Shown in pieces: positions 10,024-19,531 of a stretch of DNA of 64,000 nucleotides; positions within the stretch are counted from its first letter, which is position 1, and each line of letters opens with the position of its first letter. The stretch spans positions 1,248,001 to 1,312,000 of the forward strand of contig CAWBMP010000004.1 in the NCBI GenBank assembly GCA_963790025.1, read 5' to 3'. The notes below the pieces were generated by a model. It had not been told where the DNA came from and did not search any database. It worked only from the letters and a program-made list of their open reading frames with translations. This DNA is from Nitrospirota bacterium (lineage in GTDB: Bacteria; Nitrospirota; Thermodesulfovibrionia; Thermodesulfovibrionales; Dissulfurispiraceae). The position numbers were made by a program, and so were the translations under genes.

Positions 10024-11310
10024 ATGTCAACAGTCGTTGTAGTCGGCTCCCAATGGGGTGATGAGGGAAAAGGGAAAATTGTAGATTTTCTGACTGAAAA
10101 GGCTGATATGGTTGCACGATATCAGGGAGGGAATAACGCGGGTCATACCGTTGTAATAAAAAACGAAAAATACATTCTCCACCTTATCCCATCAGGAATT
10201 CTCCATAAAAGAAAAAAGTGCATCCTTGGCAACGGCATGGTGATCAGCCCTGAAGCTCTTATTTGTGAGATGAACAATCTCAGAGATAAAGGCATAGCCA
10301 TAGACAACAACCTGCTGATATCAAAGAACGCCCATGTTATTATGCCTTACCATAAAGCTCTGGAGCGCGAACACGAGAACGGGAAGGGAAGCAATAAGAT
10401 CGGCACCACCGGCATGGGGATAGGCCCCTGTTATACAGATAAGGCGGCACGGCACGGTGTCCGGATGATGGACCTGTTGGCCCCTAAGATATTCAGGGAA
10501 AAACTGACGTCGAACCTCGTCCTGGTCAATTTCCTACTGGAGCGTTTCTACAATGCCGCGCCTCTTAACGCAGATGAAATATATGATAAATATATGGACT
10601 ATGCCGGAGAGCTTGCAAAGTATATAACAGATACAGACATCATTGTTAATGACGCCATGGAATCAGGCAAAAAGGTGCTTTTCGAAGGAGCACAGGGAAC
10701 ATTACTCGATATAGATCACGGTACTTACCCATTTGTGACCTCATCCAATACCATAGCTGGGGGCGTGTGTGCAGGAGTGGGCGTGGGTCCTACAAAGATC
10801 AAGAAAGTTTTAGGGATCACAAAGGCATATACTACAAGAGTCGGCGAAGGTCCGTTCCCTACCGAGATGAAAGATGAACTTGGCGAGGCGCTAAGGCAAA
10901 AAGGCGGCGAATTCGGGGCCACCACCGGAAGGCCGAGGAGGTGCGGCTGGCTAGATACGCTTATACTAAAACATGCTATCCGCATCAACGGGCTGACAGG
11001 AATAGCCCTGACAAAACTTGACATCCTTGATGGGATGGATACAATAAAAATATGTACCAGCTATAAATATAACGGCATCAGGTATAAAAACTTTCCAAAA
11101 GAAATAGAGGTGCTTGCACAGGCACAGCCTGTTTATGAGGAATTAAAAGGGTGGAAAGATAGCACTGTCGGGATTAAGGAATTCAAGCTGCTGCCCGCCA
11201 ATGCAAAAAAATACATTAAGAGAATAGAAATGCTTCTGGACACAAAAATTCAGATAATTTCCACGGGGCAGAAGAGAGACGAGATCATCGTCCTAAAAGA
11301 ACAATTTTAG
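10024..11310 (+). CDS. purA: Adenylosuccinate synthetase
   Basis: QWGDEGKGK, GGNNAGHT, IGTT, EGAQG, GATTGRPRRCGW. Confidence 0.98.
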   Translation: MSTVVVVGSQWGDEGKGKIVDFLTEKADMVARYQGGNNAGHTVVIKNEKYILHLIPSGILHKRKKCILGNGMVISPEALICEMNNLRDKGIAIDNNLLISKNAHVIMPYHKALEREHENGKGSNKIGTTGMGIGPCYTDKAARHGVRMMDLLAPKIFREKLTSNLVLVNFLLERFYNAAPLNADEIYDKYMDYAGELAKYITDTDIIVNDAMESGKKVLFEGAQGTLLDIDHGTYPFVTSSNTIAGGVCAGVGVGPTKIKKVLGITKAYTTRVGEGPFPTEMKDELGEALRQKGGEFGATTGRPRRCGWLDTLILKHAIRINGLTGIALTKLDILDGMDTIKICTSYKYNGIRYKNFPKEIEVLAQAQPVYEELKGWKDSTVGIKEFKLLPANAKKYIKRIEMLLDTKIQIISTGQKRDEIIVLKEQF

Positions 11311-11435
11311 GGTTTCGTCGTCGAAAGCTCATATGCTTCGGTGCGCTGCATACCTCGTCACTGAGGCGTATCAAAAAGTACGCCTCATTCCTCACGATTT
11401 GCACGCATTGCCTGTAAACTTTTTACGACGAAGCC
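11311..11435 (-). mobile_element. ~125-bp MITE-like palindromic element (same family as 51577-51716)
   Basis: IR GGTTTCGTCGT/ACGACGAAGCC; reverse complement shares TGAGGAATGAGGCGTACTTTTTG and AAGCATATGAGCTT with the 51.6-kb copy. Confidence 0.75.
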
Positions 11436-11452
11436 GAAGTTTGAAGTAGTCT

Positions 11453-12151
11453 ATGACAGGCTTTAATAGTTTGCTTAACTTTATCTTCCCATCGACGTGT
11501 CCGGTGTGCGGCAGTGATTCGGACAGTTACAGGCACAATCCGATCTGCATCTCCTGCTGGAAAAAAATCGAACGGTATTCAGGTCCTGCATGCCTGACAT
11601 GCGGCATCCCGGTAATCTCGGTCCATGCAACACATTGTGAATCGTGCCTGCAAGCGCCCCCGCCCTATTCAAAGATTATCTATTATGGTATTTATGACGG
11701 CACCTTAAGGAAAGCCATTCACCTCCTTAAATTCAGAGGTATAAAAAGACTTGCCCGTCCTATTGCGGCGCTTCTTTCCGAACTGCCTGTTCCCGGGGCC
11801 GACGGTATTGTTCCAGTTCCCCTGCATTCCAAAAAGTTGAAGGAAAGGGAATTCAACCAGACTGCATTAATCAGCAGACACCTGTCCCGCGACCTGGGTG
11901 TCCCCCTGTTGCTGGATGCCTTGAAAAAAGACAAGGAAACTCCGGCGCAGATCAATGTCACAGGAAAGGAACGGCTGAAAAATGTCAGGAACACATTCAG
12001 CGCGGGCAAAGCTGTAAAAGGTCTCGGCCTACTTCTTGTGGACGATGTTATTACCACCGGGGCCACTGTGCGCGAATGTGCAAAGGTGCTGACCAAAGCG
12101 GGTGCGAAGAGCATCACGGTTGTAGCACTTGCACGTTCGATGCCGAAATAG
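11453..12151 (+). CDS. comF: ComF family (zinc ribbon + phosphoribosyltransferase)
   Basis: Four CxxC pairs, VPVPLH..REFNQ, LLVDDVITTGAT. Confidence 0.9.
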   Translation: MTGFNSLLNFIFPSTCPVCGSDSDSYRHNPICISCWKKIERYSGPACLTCGIPVISVHATHCESCLQAPPPYSKIIYYGIYDGTLRKAIHLLKFRGIKRLARPIAALLSELPVPGADGIVPVPLHSKKLKEREFNQTALISRHLSRDLGVPLLLDALKKDKETPAQINVTGKERLKNVRNTFSAGKAVKGLGLLLVDDVITTGATVRECAKVLTKAGAKSITVVALARSMPK

Positions 12152-12159
12152 AGTCTAGT

Positions 12160-12208
12160 ATCGGCAGGGGCAGGCTTTTTATCGGAGCGATAGCCTGCCT
12201 CTGCCGAT
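12160..12208 (+). terminator. GC-rich hairpin after comF (terminator or REP-like)
   Basis: ATCGGCAGGGGCAGGCT / AGCCTGCCTCTGCCGAT; only a weak U-tail. Confidence 0.4.
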
Positions 12209-12285
12209 CCCTTCCTTATTGTCTTATTATGTTAGAATATTATTCAGTGCTCAAAAAAGCATAATTTGTAAAGTGAGGATACAAT

Positions 12286-13194
12286 ATGGGAGTCCTGGAC
12301 TGCATCGGCAATACGCCCCTTATCAAACTTGATGTTCTAAATCCAAATCCTGAAGTTGAACTGTTTGTAAAACTTGAAGGTAATAACCCGGGCGGGTCGA
12401 TAAAAGACCGCACCGCCCTTTATATGGTAGCAGCGGCTGAGAGGGCTGGAGAGTTGACAAGAGATAAAATAATTCTTGAGGCTACCTCCGGCAATACCGG
12501 TATAGGGCTGGCTATGGTTGCAACGGCAAAAAAGTACAGAGTGAAGCTTACTATGCCTGCGTGTGTAAGCGTGGAAAGAAGGAAGGTGCTGGAAGCCTTT
12601 GGAGCGGAACTTATACTGAGCCCGGCTGAAGAGGGGACAGACGGTGCGATACGCCTCGCTCATAAGATAATGTCCGAAAACCCGGATCTATATTTCATGC
12701 CTAACCAGTTTGACAATCCAGCAAACATACTCGCACATTATGAGACAACCGGCAAGGAAATTATCGAACAGACCAAAGGCAGAATTACTCACTTTGTAGC
12801 CGGCATCGGCACCTCAGGTACAATTATGGGGGCAGGTAAGCGGCTTAAGGAGTACAATAGCGCCATAAAGATTATTGGCGTCGAACCGGTGATGGGCCAC
12901 AGAATCCAGGGTCTAAAGAATATGTCAGAGTCCATTGTGCCGAAGATTTTTAACCCGGCGTGCATGGATGAGCGGCATATTATCAATGATGAGGAGGCCT
13001 TTGATACAACACGGATGCTGGCTGTGAAGGAAGGACTTTTTATGGGTATGTCAAGCGGCGCCGCAATGCACATCGCCATTAAAAAGTCCAGCGAACTGGA
13101 GAGTGGAGTAATTGTGGTGATATTCCCAGACAGAGGTGATCGTTATCTGTCAACCGCGCTTTTTACATCGGTATGCGGAAAATGCCCGCCTTAA
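12286..13194 (+). CDS. cysM: Cysteine synthase (CysM/CysK family)
   Basis: KLEGNNPGGSIKDR, ATSGNTG, GTSGT, PDRGDRYLS. Confidence 0.88.
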   Translation: MGVLDCIGNTPLIKLDVLNPNPEVELFVKLEGNNPGGSIKDRTALYMVAAAERAGELTRDKIILEATSGNTGIGLAMVATAKKYRVKLTMPACVSVERRKVLEAFGAELILSPAEEGTDGAIRLAHKIMSENPDLYFMPNQFDNPANILAHYETTGKEIIEQTKGRITHFVAGIGTSGTIMGAGKRLKEYNSAIKIIGVEPVMGHRIQGLKNMSESIVPKIFNPACMDERHIINDEEAFDTTRMLAVKEGLFMGMSSGAAMHIAIKKSSELESGVIVVIFPDRGDRYLSTALFTSVCGKCPP

Positions 13195-13198
13195 AAAA

Positions 13199-13272
13199 CA
13201 GGTGTAGGCATAGGCAAAGGTATCATGCTGGGTTGAATTCTCGTTCTTAACCTTTGCCTGTATCTTTACCTG
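13199..13272. repeat. Hexamer-unit (AGGYNW) inverted-repeat hairpin
   Basis: CAGGTGTAGGCATAGGCAAAGGT ... AACCTTTGCCTGTATCTTTACCTG. Confidence 0.6.
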
Positions 13273-13290
13273 ACTTTAAAGGAGGTTCAG

Positions 13291-13521
13291 ATGGCTGAAA
13301 TAGAGGATGTTGCTGAAAAAATAGCTGCAGCTTTCGAGGACTTATATTTCGTACCAGGGAAGAAGAAACTCTTTAATTCAGTATTTAACCGGTACCTGCC
13401 CATGGCAGATCCGGAGGGGAAAATGGTGGAGCCCTATGATGCTATTGTAGAACTGGGCTACCGTCACAGGGAAGAATATGATAAAATGGTAGCCGAATTT
13501 AAAAAACTCTCCATAATTTAA
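13291..13521 (+). CDS. Hypothetical protein, 76 aa
   Basis: Strong RBS AAAGGAGG, protein-like composition, fills the gap. Confidence 0.75.
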   Translation: MAEIEDVAEKIAAAFEDLYFVPGKKKLFNSVFNRYLPMADPEGKMVEPYDAIVELGYRHREEYDKMVAEFKKLSII

Positions 13522-13552
13522 TCTAAAAAATGCAATGCGGAAACCACAGAGA

Positions 13553-14323
13553 TCACAAGTTTTCTCTGCGCATTCTGTGGTGGACCGCATTATTCGGGTC
13601 AATGAGCAAAACGTAAAGGGCGCCCAATCCCCCATCACACTGCCGCGCCGAGGCAAATGCAATGACATTTTTTCTGTAGCGGTTTGTAAGCCAGGCGATT
13701 AGAGCGCTTTTAAGCACAGGGCCGTCCGGCGAGCGGAGTCCCCTGCCATGGATTATTTTAATGCACCAGAGACCCTTTACCAGGGCCTCTTTAAGTAACC
13801 TTCCTATTGCCGCCTCAGCCTCCTCAACAACAAGCCCGTGCAGGTCCAGACAGTCCTGGACAGAATAAGCCCCGCTGTGCAGCTTTTTAGTAATGCTTGC
13901 CCCCGCCGAGCACTCAAATCGCTTACGAGTTGCGTGTTGAGTGCTCGGTAAGTGGGGGTTGCCGTAACAGGCCGGCAAATAAGCCGGGTTTACCCATTCT
14001 ACATATTCCTCCGTATCAGGCAGATTAATCGGAACACGGCCGTTGACAACTTCTTCGAGGACCCGCACCGCATCATACCGCCGGATACGGCACCCGCACA
14101 TGGGTACAATTTTTTTGGGCTGAACAGGGATCTGCCTGTATTCCTCAATTTCACGCACTTCCTTCATGGCAGCGGCAAAGAGTTCTTCATCGCTAAGGCG
14201 TTCTGGCTTTTCTACTTTAGAAGGATCCACCGCACCGGCAATTCTTTTACGCTCGATTATTTCTTTCAGGTTTTGAAAAGGATGGAATGAAACGGTTTCC
14301 GGTGCGCGTTTTTTGCTGCCCAT
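13553..14323 (-). CDS. Smr/MutS2 domain protein
   Basis: LDLHG, IIHGRGLRS, GGLGALYV; contains an apparent in-frame insertion. Confidence 0.9.
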   Translation of the reverse strand: MGSKKRAPETVSFHPFQNLKEIIERKRIAGAVDPSKVEKPERLSDEELFAAAMKEVREIEEYRQIPVQPKKIVPMCGCRIRRYDAVRVLEEVVNGRVPINLPDTEEYVEWVNPAYLPACYGNPHLPSTQHATRKRFECSAGASITKKLHSGAYSVQDCLDLHGLVVEEAEAAIGRLLKEALVKGLWCIKIIHGRGLRSPDGPVLKSALIAWLTNRYRKNVIAFASARQCDGGLGALYVLLIDPNNAVHHRMRRENL

Positions 14324-14460
14324 TGCCCACCTTCCTTAATTTAGTGCTGAAAAAATCTGTATTACTTTTATTATACCCACATGAGTTTCACATGGTAAAG
14401 AGCAATCTGTGAGCCCACTACCGCCCGCCACTCTGGCCTTTAAAGTGGTACAATTGTTTA

Positions 14461-15606
14461 ATGAACGTGTTGGCGGCAATAGTTGGGGTGTTGCTTATCA
14501 TGGTGATTCTGTGGGAAGGATTCGAGATCATCATTCTCCCGCGTAGGGTGACACGGCGGTTCCGTTTCAGCCGATACTTTTTTCGCTCCTTCTGGCACAC
14601 CTGGAGGGCGATGGTCAGCGCTTTCGTTCCGCAGAAGTTCCAGGAAACCTGGCTGAGTTTCTTCGGCCCGCTTTCTAATCTCGTTATGATTAGTGTCTGG
14701 GTCACCGGGCTAATAACCGGCTTCGCACTGGTCCACTGGGCAGGCGGTTCGTCGGTCGGTGGAGTAGATGGAAGTGCCGGGTTTTTTACGGATATTTACT
14801 TGAGCAGTACTACTTTCTTCACTCTCGGATTGGGAGATGTAACCCCCCGAAGCAACCTGGCTCGTTTTCTCACGGTAATCGAGTCCGGGCTGGGGTTTGG
14901 ATTTCTCGCCCTAGTTATTAGTTACCTGCCGGCCCTCAACCAGTCCTTTGCCCGCCGGGAGGTAAGCATTTCGCTCCTTGACGCCAGGGCCGGCTCGCCG
15001 CCCAGTGCATCAGAGATGATGCTCCGGCACAGCGACGGGCACGGCATGGAGACACTCCGGCAACTGCTCAAGGAGTGGGAGATCTGGTCGGCTGAGTTTC
15101 TCGAAGGCCATATCTCTTACCCGGTCCTCGCCTATTTTCGATCGCAGCACGATAACCAGTCGTGGCTCGGCGCCCTGACAGCAGTCCTCGATACTTGTGC
15201 ACTCGTGATCGTCGGAGTGGAAGGAAGCTGTAAGCGTCAGGCAGAACTGACCTTCGCCATCGCCCGTCATGCTGTGGTCGACCTCGCGCTTGTGTTCAGA
15301 AGACCGCCTAGGAAACCGGCACACGACCGGCTTCCCCCGGACATGCTTGCCAAATTACGTACCATTTTGAAGGATGCCGGACTTAATCTTAACGAGGGAG
15401 AGGCCGCTGACCAAAAACTGACGGAACTGCGACAGATGTATGAACCTTTTGTCAATGGTCTCTCCATCTTCTTTCGTATCAAATTGCCTCCATGGGTTGT
15501 TCCTGAGGGGAAGATGGACAACTGGCAGACAAGCGCGTGGGAACCAGGGGGTGTGAGTTTCCGAAAAGCCGATGGGGAAGGTCGTGCCGGGAGAGAGCAT
15601 TTCTAA
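14461..15606 (+). CDS. Potassium channel family (Ion_trans_2) membrane protein
   Basis: TM helices and pore segment YLSSTTFFTLGLGDVTP; HISYPVLAYFRS motif. Confidence 0.8.
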   Translation: MNVLAAIVGVLLIMVILWEGFEIIILPRRVTRRFRFSRYFFRSFWHTWRAMVSAFVPQKFQETWLSFFGPLSNLVMISVWVTGLITGFALVHWAGGSSVGGVDGSAGFFTDIYLSSTTFFTLGLGDVTPRSNLARFLTVIESGLGFGFLALVISYLPALNQSFARREVSISLLDARAGSPPSASEMMLRHSDGHGMETLRQLLKEWEIWSAEFLEGHISYPVLAYFRSQHDNQSWLGALTAVLDTCALVIVGVEGSCKRQAELTFAIARHAVVDLALVFRRPPRKPAHDRLPPDMLAKLRTILKDAGLNLNEGEAADQKLTELRQMYEPFVNGLSIFFRIKLPPWVVPEGKMDNWQTSAWEPGGVSFRKADGEGRAGREHF

Positions 15607-15619
15607 GGATCTGGGCATA

Positions 15620-16270
15620 ATGATAGTCATTAAAATCTCCTTTATTTTCATAGTGTTTGCTCTCATCCACAGCCTTTGTTTACGAGAATTTGCAAAGGAC
15701 TTTGTTCAAAAGATTCTTGGCGAAGCATTTGTAAAATCCTTTTACCGCATTTCTTATACCTTTTTAAGTGTGATTACTACTGCTGTCGCTTTTGCACTTA
15801 TTTTGTCCCTTCCCGATCAAGCCGTATTCAAATGTCCTCCATTGCTTAGGTGGCTAATGTACCTGGTAAGATTTGCAGGGGTGCTATTCGGAGCGCTTAC
15901 CTTCAGGGTACTTGATTTCCGGGAATTCGCAGGATTCAGGCAGGCATGGCGCTATGTCCTGGGAGAAATCCCTTTGGGTGACAAAGAAGGGCTGACCATT
16001 AACAGGCTTATAACATCCGGCACTTATGGCATTGTAAGACATCCCCTTTATCTGGCCGGCATTGTCCTGTTCACTTTTGCACCTGATATGACCCGCAACT
16101 GGCTGACAGTGGCTGTTCTTGCCGATGCATACTTCATTTATGGAGCTGTTGCTGAAGAAAAGAAACTTATTGAGAGATTCGGAGACGAATATTTGCATTA
16201 CATGCAACGGGTCCCCATGTTTGTCCCCGGGTTAAAAATCAACAAGGAAAAACCTGCCAGGTTTTTGTAG
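15620..16270 (+). CDS. Isoprenylcysteine carboxylmethyltransferase-like membrane protein
   Basis: Multi-TM; GTYGIVRHPLY and EEKKLIERFGDEY..Y..RVP motifs. Confidence 0.8.
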   Translation: MIVIKISFIFIVFALIHSLCLREFAKDFVQKILGEAFVKSFYRISYTFLSVITTAVAFALILSLPDQAVFKCPPLLRWLMYLVRFAGVLFGALTFRVLDFREFAGFRQAWRYVLGEIPLGDKEGLTINRLITSGTYGIVRHPLYLAGIVLFTFAPDMTRNWLTVAVLADAYFIYGAVAEEKKLIERFGDEYLHYMQRVPMFVPGLKINKEKPARFL

Positions 16271-16417
16271 GGGTGGACCCAAATGTCTCAAAATGTCAGA
16301 TAAACACCGATATGTTATTAGGCTATTTCTTACAGAAAAATCAGCCTTAGACTGATTTCATAATAAGTCCGGAACAGTTTAAAATCCAGATACTTCATTT
16401 TTAAGTGGAGGTGTAAA

Positions 16418-16588
16418 ATGAGTTGCCGGTATTTTAAGGAAGATTATGTAGCGTTTTGCAGTGCGTCTGACTTCCCTTATATCCCCAGCATATGTGAAAT
16501 GGAGCAACTTTGCTTTAAGGATTTCAGTGCCTGCCCAATTTGCCATGAAATTGAAGATAATAACGCTCTCGTTATCGGAAAAGTTTGA
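16418..16588 (+). CDS. Small Cys-rich protein, 56 aa (below ORF-track cutoff)
   Basis: RBS GGAGGTG; MSCRYFKEDYVAFCSASDFPYIPSICEMEQLCFKDFSACPICHEIEDNNALVIGKV. Confidence 0.7.
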   Translation: MSCRYFKEDYVAFCSASDFPYIPSICEMEQLCFKDFSACPICHEIEDNNALVIGKV

Positions 16589-16617
16589 CCATAAAAAGTT
16601 AAATTAAGGAGGAACCA

Positions 16618-18144
16618 TTGAAAAAAGATTTCAGTCTTTTTAGAGAGGGCTTCGTCCAGCATGATGCGGACTATGCCGTTGCCGAAATCGACGAAATAGC
16701 TGCGACCGAAAGCGCCGTGCCGGTGGATACTGAAATAATTAAAGAATCCATCGAACAGGAGTATGATCCATTAAAAGCCTATCTGAAAGGTATAAGCCTG
16801 ATCCCACTTCTGACAAAAGAAGGAGAAGTTGCAATAGCCAGGCAAATTGAGACATGCAAATTCAAAATATGCAATGCAATTTTTACTATGCCTTTTTTTC
16901 TTAACAAGCTGGTGGCCCTGGGCCGGCTTGTGAAAAAAGGAGAGGCCCCACTTTCAGAATTTGTGCAGGACAGTGAAGATCTGCCGGAAGAAGAAATCCT
17001 GGCTGAGAAAAAACGGTTCACAAAGATTACCGAATCGATCAACAGTATTTTAAGCAGAAGGAGAAAGCTCGAAAGGGACGTCAGGCTTACCGCTGGAAGT
17101 AAAAGCTCAAAAACTCGGAAAAACCCGCTTACTGTAAAATTATTACAGGACAGCAAAAATCGCATTCTTAACAAGATTCAGGAGCTTAATCTTAAAGACA
17201 ACGTCATAAATGCCTTTTCGGAAGAATTAAAAAAGATGTGTGGTCACCTTGATCGCTATTATGAGGAATTACACAGGATAAAGGAAGCTAAGAGCAGCAC
17301 TTCGGAGTGCAGGCGATGCAGCGCTGAGATAAATAAGCTGGTATCCAGCCTGGGATTGAGTCCACTAGAAATAAAGCATATAGTCAAAGAACTTGAGGCG
17401 GCTGAAATCGAGCTGACCGAATCAAAGGGGAAGCTTGTAGAATCGAACCTCCGGCTGGTGATCAGCATCGCAAAACGCTATATGGGAAAGGGCCTGACCC
17501 TGGGGGACCTGATCCAGGAAGGCAACATCGGCCTCATGCGGGCGGTTGATAAATTCGAGTATCAGCGGGGGTATAAGTTCAGCACTTATGCCACGTGGTG
17601 GATACGGCAGGCGATCAGTCGTGCTATAGCAGACCAATCAAGGATTATTAGGATTCCAGTCCACATGATAGAAAATATCAACAGGGTCAATAAAATCACC
17701 AAGGAGCTTTTACAGGAACTCGGAGTCGAACCCTCACCGGAAGAGGTGGCTAAGGTTGCAAAGATGCCCCTTGATAAGGTCAGGAATATTCTAAAAATAT
17801 CAAAAGAACCTATTTCCATCGAAACGCCGATCGGCGAGGAAGACGACACTATGCTCAAAGACTTCATTGAGGACAAGTCGAATCTTTCCCCGCTGGAACT
17901 CGTAATGCAGGAAGACCTGAAAAAGCATGTTGACAGCTTGCTTAACTCACTCTCTCCCAAAGAGGAACTTGTATTGAGAAAAAGGTTCGGTATCGGCGAG
18001 GAGAACCCCCTCACGCTTGAAGAGGTCGGCCAGGCGTTCGATGTGACAAGGGAGCGTATCAGGCAAATACAAGTCAAGGCGATAAGGAAATTAAAACATC
18101 CCTCAAAGAGCCAGTGGCTGAAACATTTCCTCCTAAGCGCCTGA
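16618..18144 (+). CDS. RpoD/SigA-family sigma70 factor (probable paralogue)
   Basis: Region 1.2 [39 protein letters not shown], region 4 [12 protein letters not shown] start with RBS AAGGAGG. Confidence 0.92.
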   Translation: MKKDFSLFREGFVQHDADYAVAEIDEIAATESAVPVDTEIIKESIEQEYDPLKAYLKGISLIPLLTKEGEVAIARQIETCKFKICNAIFTMPFFLNKLVALGRLVKKGEAPLSEFVQDSEDLPEEEILAEKKRFTKITESINSILSRRRKLERDVRLTAGSKSSKTRKNPLTVKLLQDSKNRILNKIQELNLKDNVINAFSEELKKMCGHLDRYYEELHRIKEAKSSTSECRRCSAEINKLVSSLGLSPLEIKHIVKELEAAEIELTESKGKLVESNLRLVISIAKRYMGKGLTLGDLIQEGNIGLMRAVDKFEYQRGYKFSTYATWWIRQAISRAIADQSRIIRIPVHMIENINRVNKITKELLQELGVEPSPEEVAKVAKMPLDKVRNILKISKEPISIETPIGEEDDTMLKDFIEDKSNLSPLELVMQEDLKKHVDSLLNSLSPKEELVLRKRFGIGEENPLTLEEVGQAFDVTRERIRQIQVKAIRKLKHPSKSQWLKHFLLSA

Positions 18145-18152
18145 CCAATAAG

Positions 18153-18224
18153 AAAGCTGAGAGCTAAAAGACGAGAGCTAAGGGCAAAGAAAAAAAGCCT
18201 TAATCTCTCGTCTTTTAGCCTCGT
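18153..18224. repeat. Heptamer-unit hairpin between convergent genes (possible bidirectional terminator)
   Basis: GCTAAAAGACGAGAG ... CTCTCGTCTTTTAGC perfect 15-bp IR within AGCTRAR-like repeats. Confidence 0.65.
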
Positions 18225-19517
18225 CTAACTGAATACGCGGCTGAAAATGAAATCTATGTGCCTTAAATAATATTTTAAATCGAATATTTCTTCTATTTCC
18301 CGGGGAGAAAGATATGCCCCGATGCCACCGTCTTTTTGGAGCAATGTCATAAAACTCACCCCCTTGCTCCAGCTTTCCATTGCATTCTTCTGGACCATCC
18401 CATATGCGTCCTCGCGCGAAACTCCCTTCTCAGTGAGGGCGAGCAAAACACGCTGGGAATTATAGAGCCCATAGCTCTTATCGATATTAGAGAGCATTTT
18501 TTGAGGATATATCTGGAGGTCGCTCAATATTCCGGTCAGCCGGTCGAGCATGTAATCAACAAGAATGGTGCTGTCGGGAATGATGATTCTCTCGACCGAG
18601 GAATGGGATATGTCCCTTTCATGCCAGAGGGCGACATCTTCGATTGCAGCAATAGTATTGGAGCGGACCAGCCGGGCGAGCCCCGACAGGTTTTCAGATC
18701 CCACAGGATTTCTCTTATGGGGCATGGCTGATGAGCCTTTCTGTCCTGTCGTAAAAGGCTCTTCCGCTTCACGAACTTCGGTCTTTTGCAGATGCCGTAT
18801 TTCAACGGCAATTTTCTCCAAGCCCGCAGCAATGAGCGCCATGACAGTCATAAACTCCGCGTGCCTGTCCCGTTGAATAATCTGTGTTGCCACTGGTTCA
18901 GGGGCGAGGCCGAGTTTCTTGCATACCCGCTCTTCCAGTTCAGGGGGAATATTTGAAAAAGTCCCGACTGCACCCGAAATTTTGCCGATGCTTATTATCT
19001 TCTTTGCCTGCTCAATCCTCTTGAGGTTTCTTTTTGCATCTTCGTACCAGAGGGCAAACTTCAGCCCGAATGTCATGGGTTCGGCATGGATGCCATGGCT
19101 CCTGCCCATGCAGGGGGCGTCCTTATAAGCAAATGCCTGCTTTTTCAAAACACTCATCAACTCACTGAGATCATCAATTATGATATCGGCTGCCTGCATC
19201 ATCAGCAGAGAAAGAGCGGTATCGAGCACGTCAGACGATGTGAGTCCTTTGTGAATGAATCTCGATTCCGGCCCAACGTGCTCGGCTACAGAGGTCAGGA
19301 AAGCTATGACATCGTGCTTTACTGTTTTTTCAATTTCATCAATCCGTCCAATATCGAATCCGGCTTTTTCCTTTATGATTTTTACTGCCCCGGCAGGGAT
19401 TTCGCCCATTTCGGCCCATGCCTCGCATACTGCTATTTCGACCTCCAGCCATTTCTGAAACTTGTTGACCGGGTCCCATAATTTCCCCATTTCAGGACGA
19501 GTGTACCGCTCTATCAT
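18225..19517 (-). CDS. purB: Adenylosuccinate lyase
   Basis: MIERY, HDVIAF, GRSHGIHAEP, GSSAMPHKRNP. Confidence 0.97.
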   Translation of the reverse strand: MIERYTRPEMGKLWDPVNKFQKWLEVEIAVCEAWAEMGEIPAGAVKIIKEKAGFDIGRIDEIEKTVKHDVIAFLTSVAEHVGPESRFIHKGLTSSDVLDTALSLLMMQAADIIIDDLSELMSVLKKQAFAYKDAPCMGRSHGIHAEPMTFGLKFALWYEDAKRNLKRIEQAKKIISIGKISGAVGTFSNIPPELEERVCKKLGLAPEPVATQIIQRDRHAEFMTVMALIAAGLEKIAVEIRHLQKTEVREAEEPFTTGQKGSSAMPHKRNPVGSENLSGLARLVRSNTIAAIEDVALWHERDISHSSVERIIIPDSTILVDYMLDRLTGILSDLQIYPQKMLSNIDKSYGLYNSQRVLLALTEKGVSREDAYGMVQKNAMESWSKGVSFMTLLQKDGGIGAYLSPREIEEIFDLKYYLRHIDFIFSRVFS

Positions 19518-19531
19518 TTTGCTCTCCTCTC

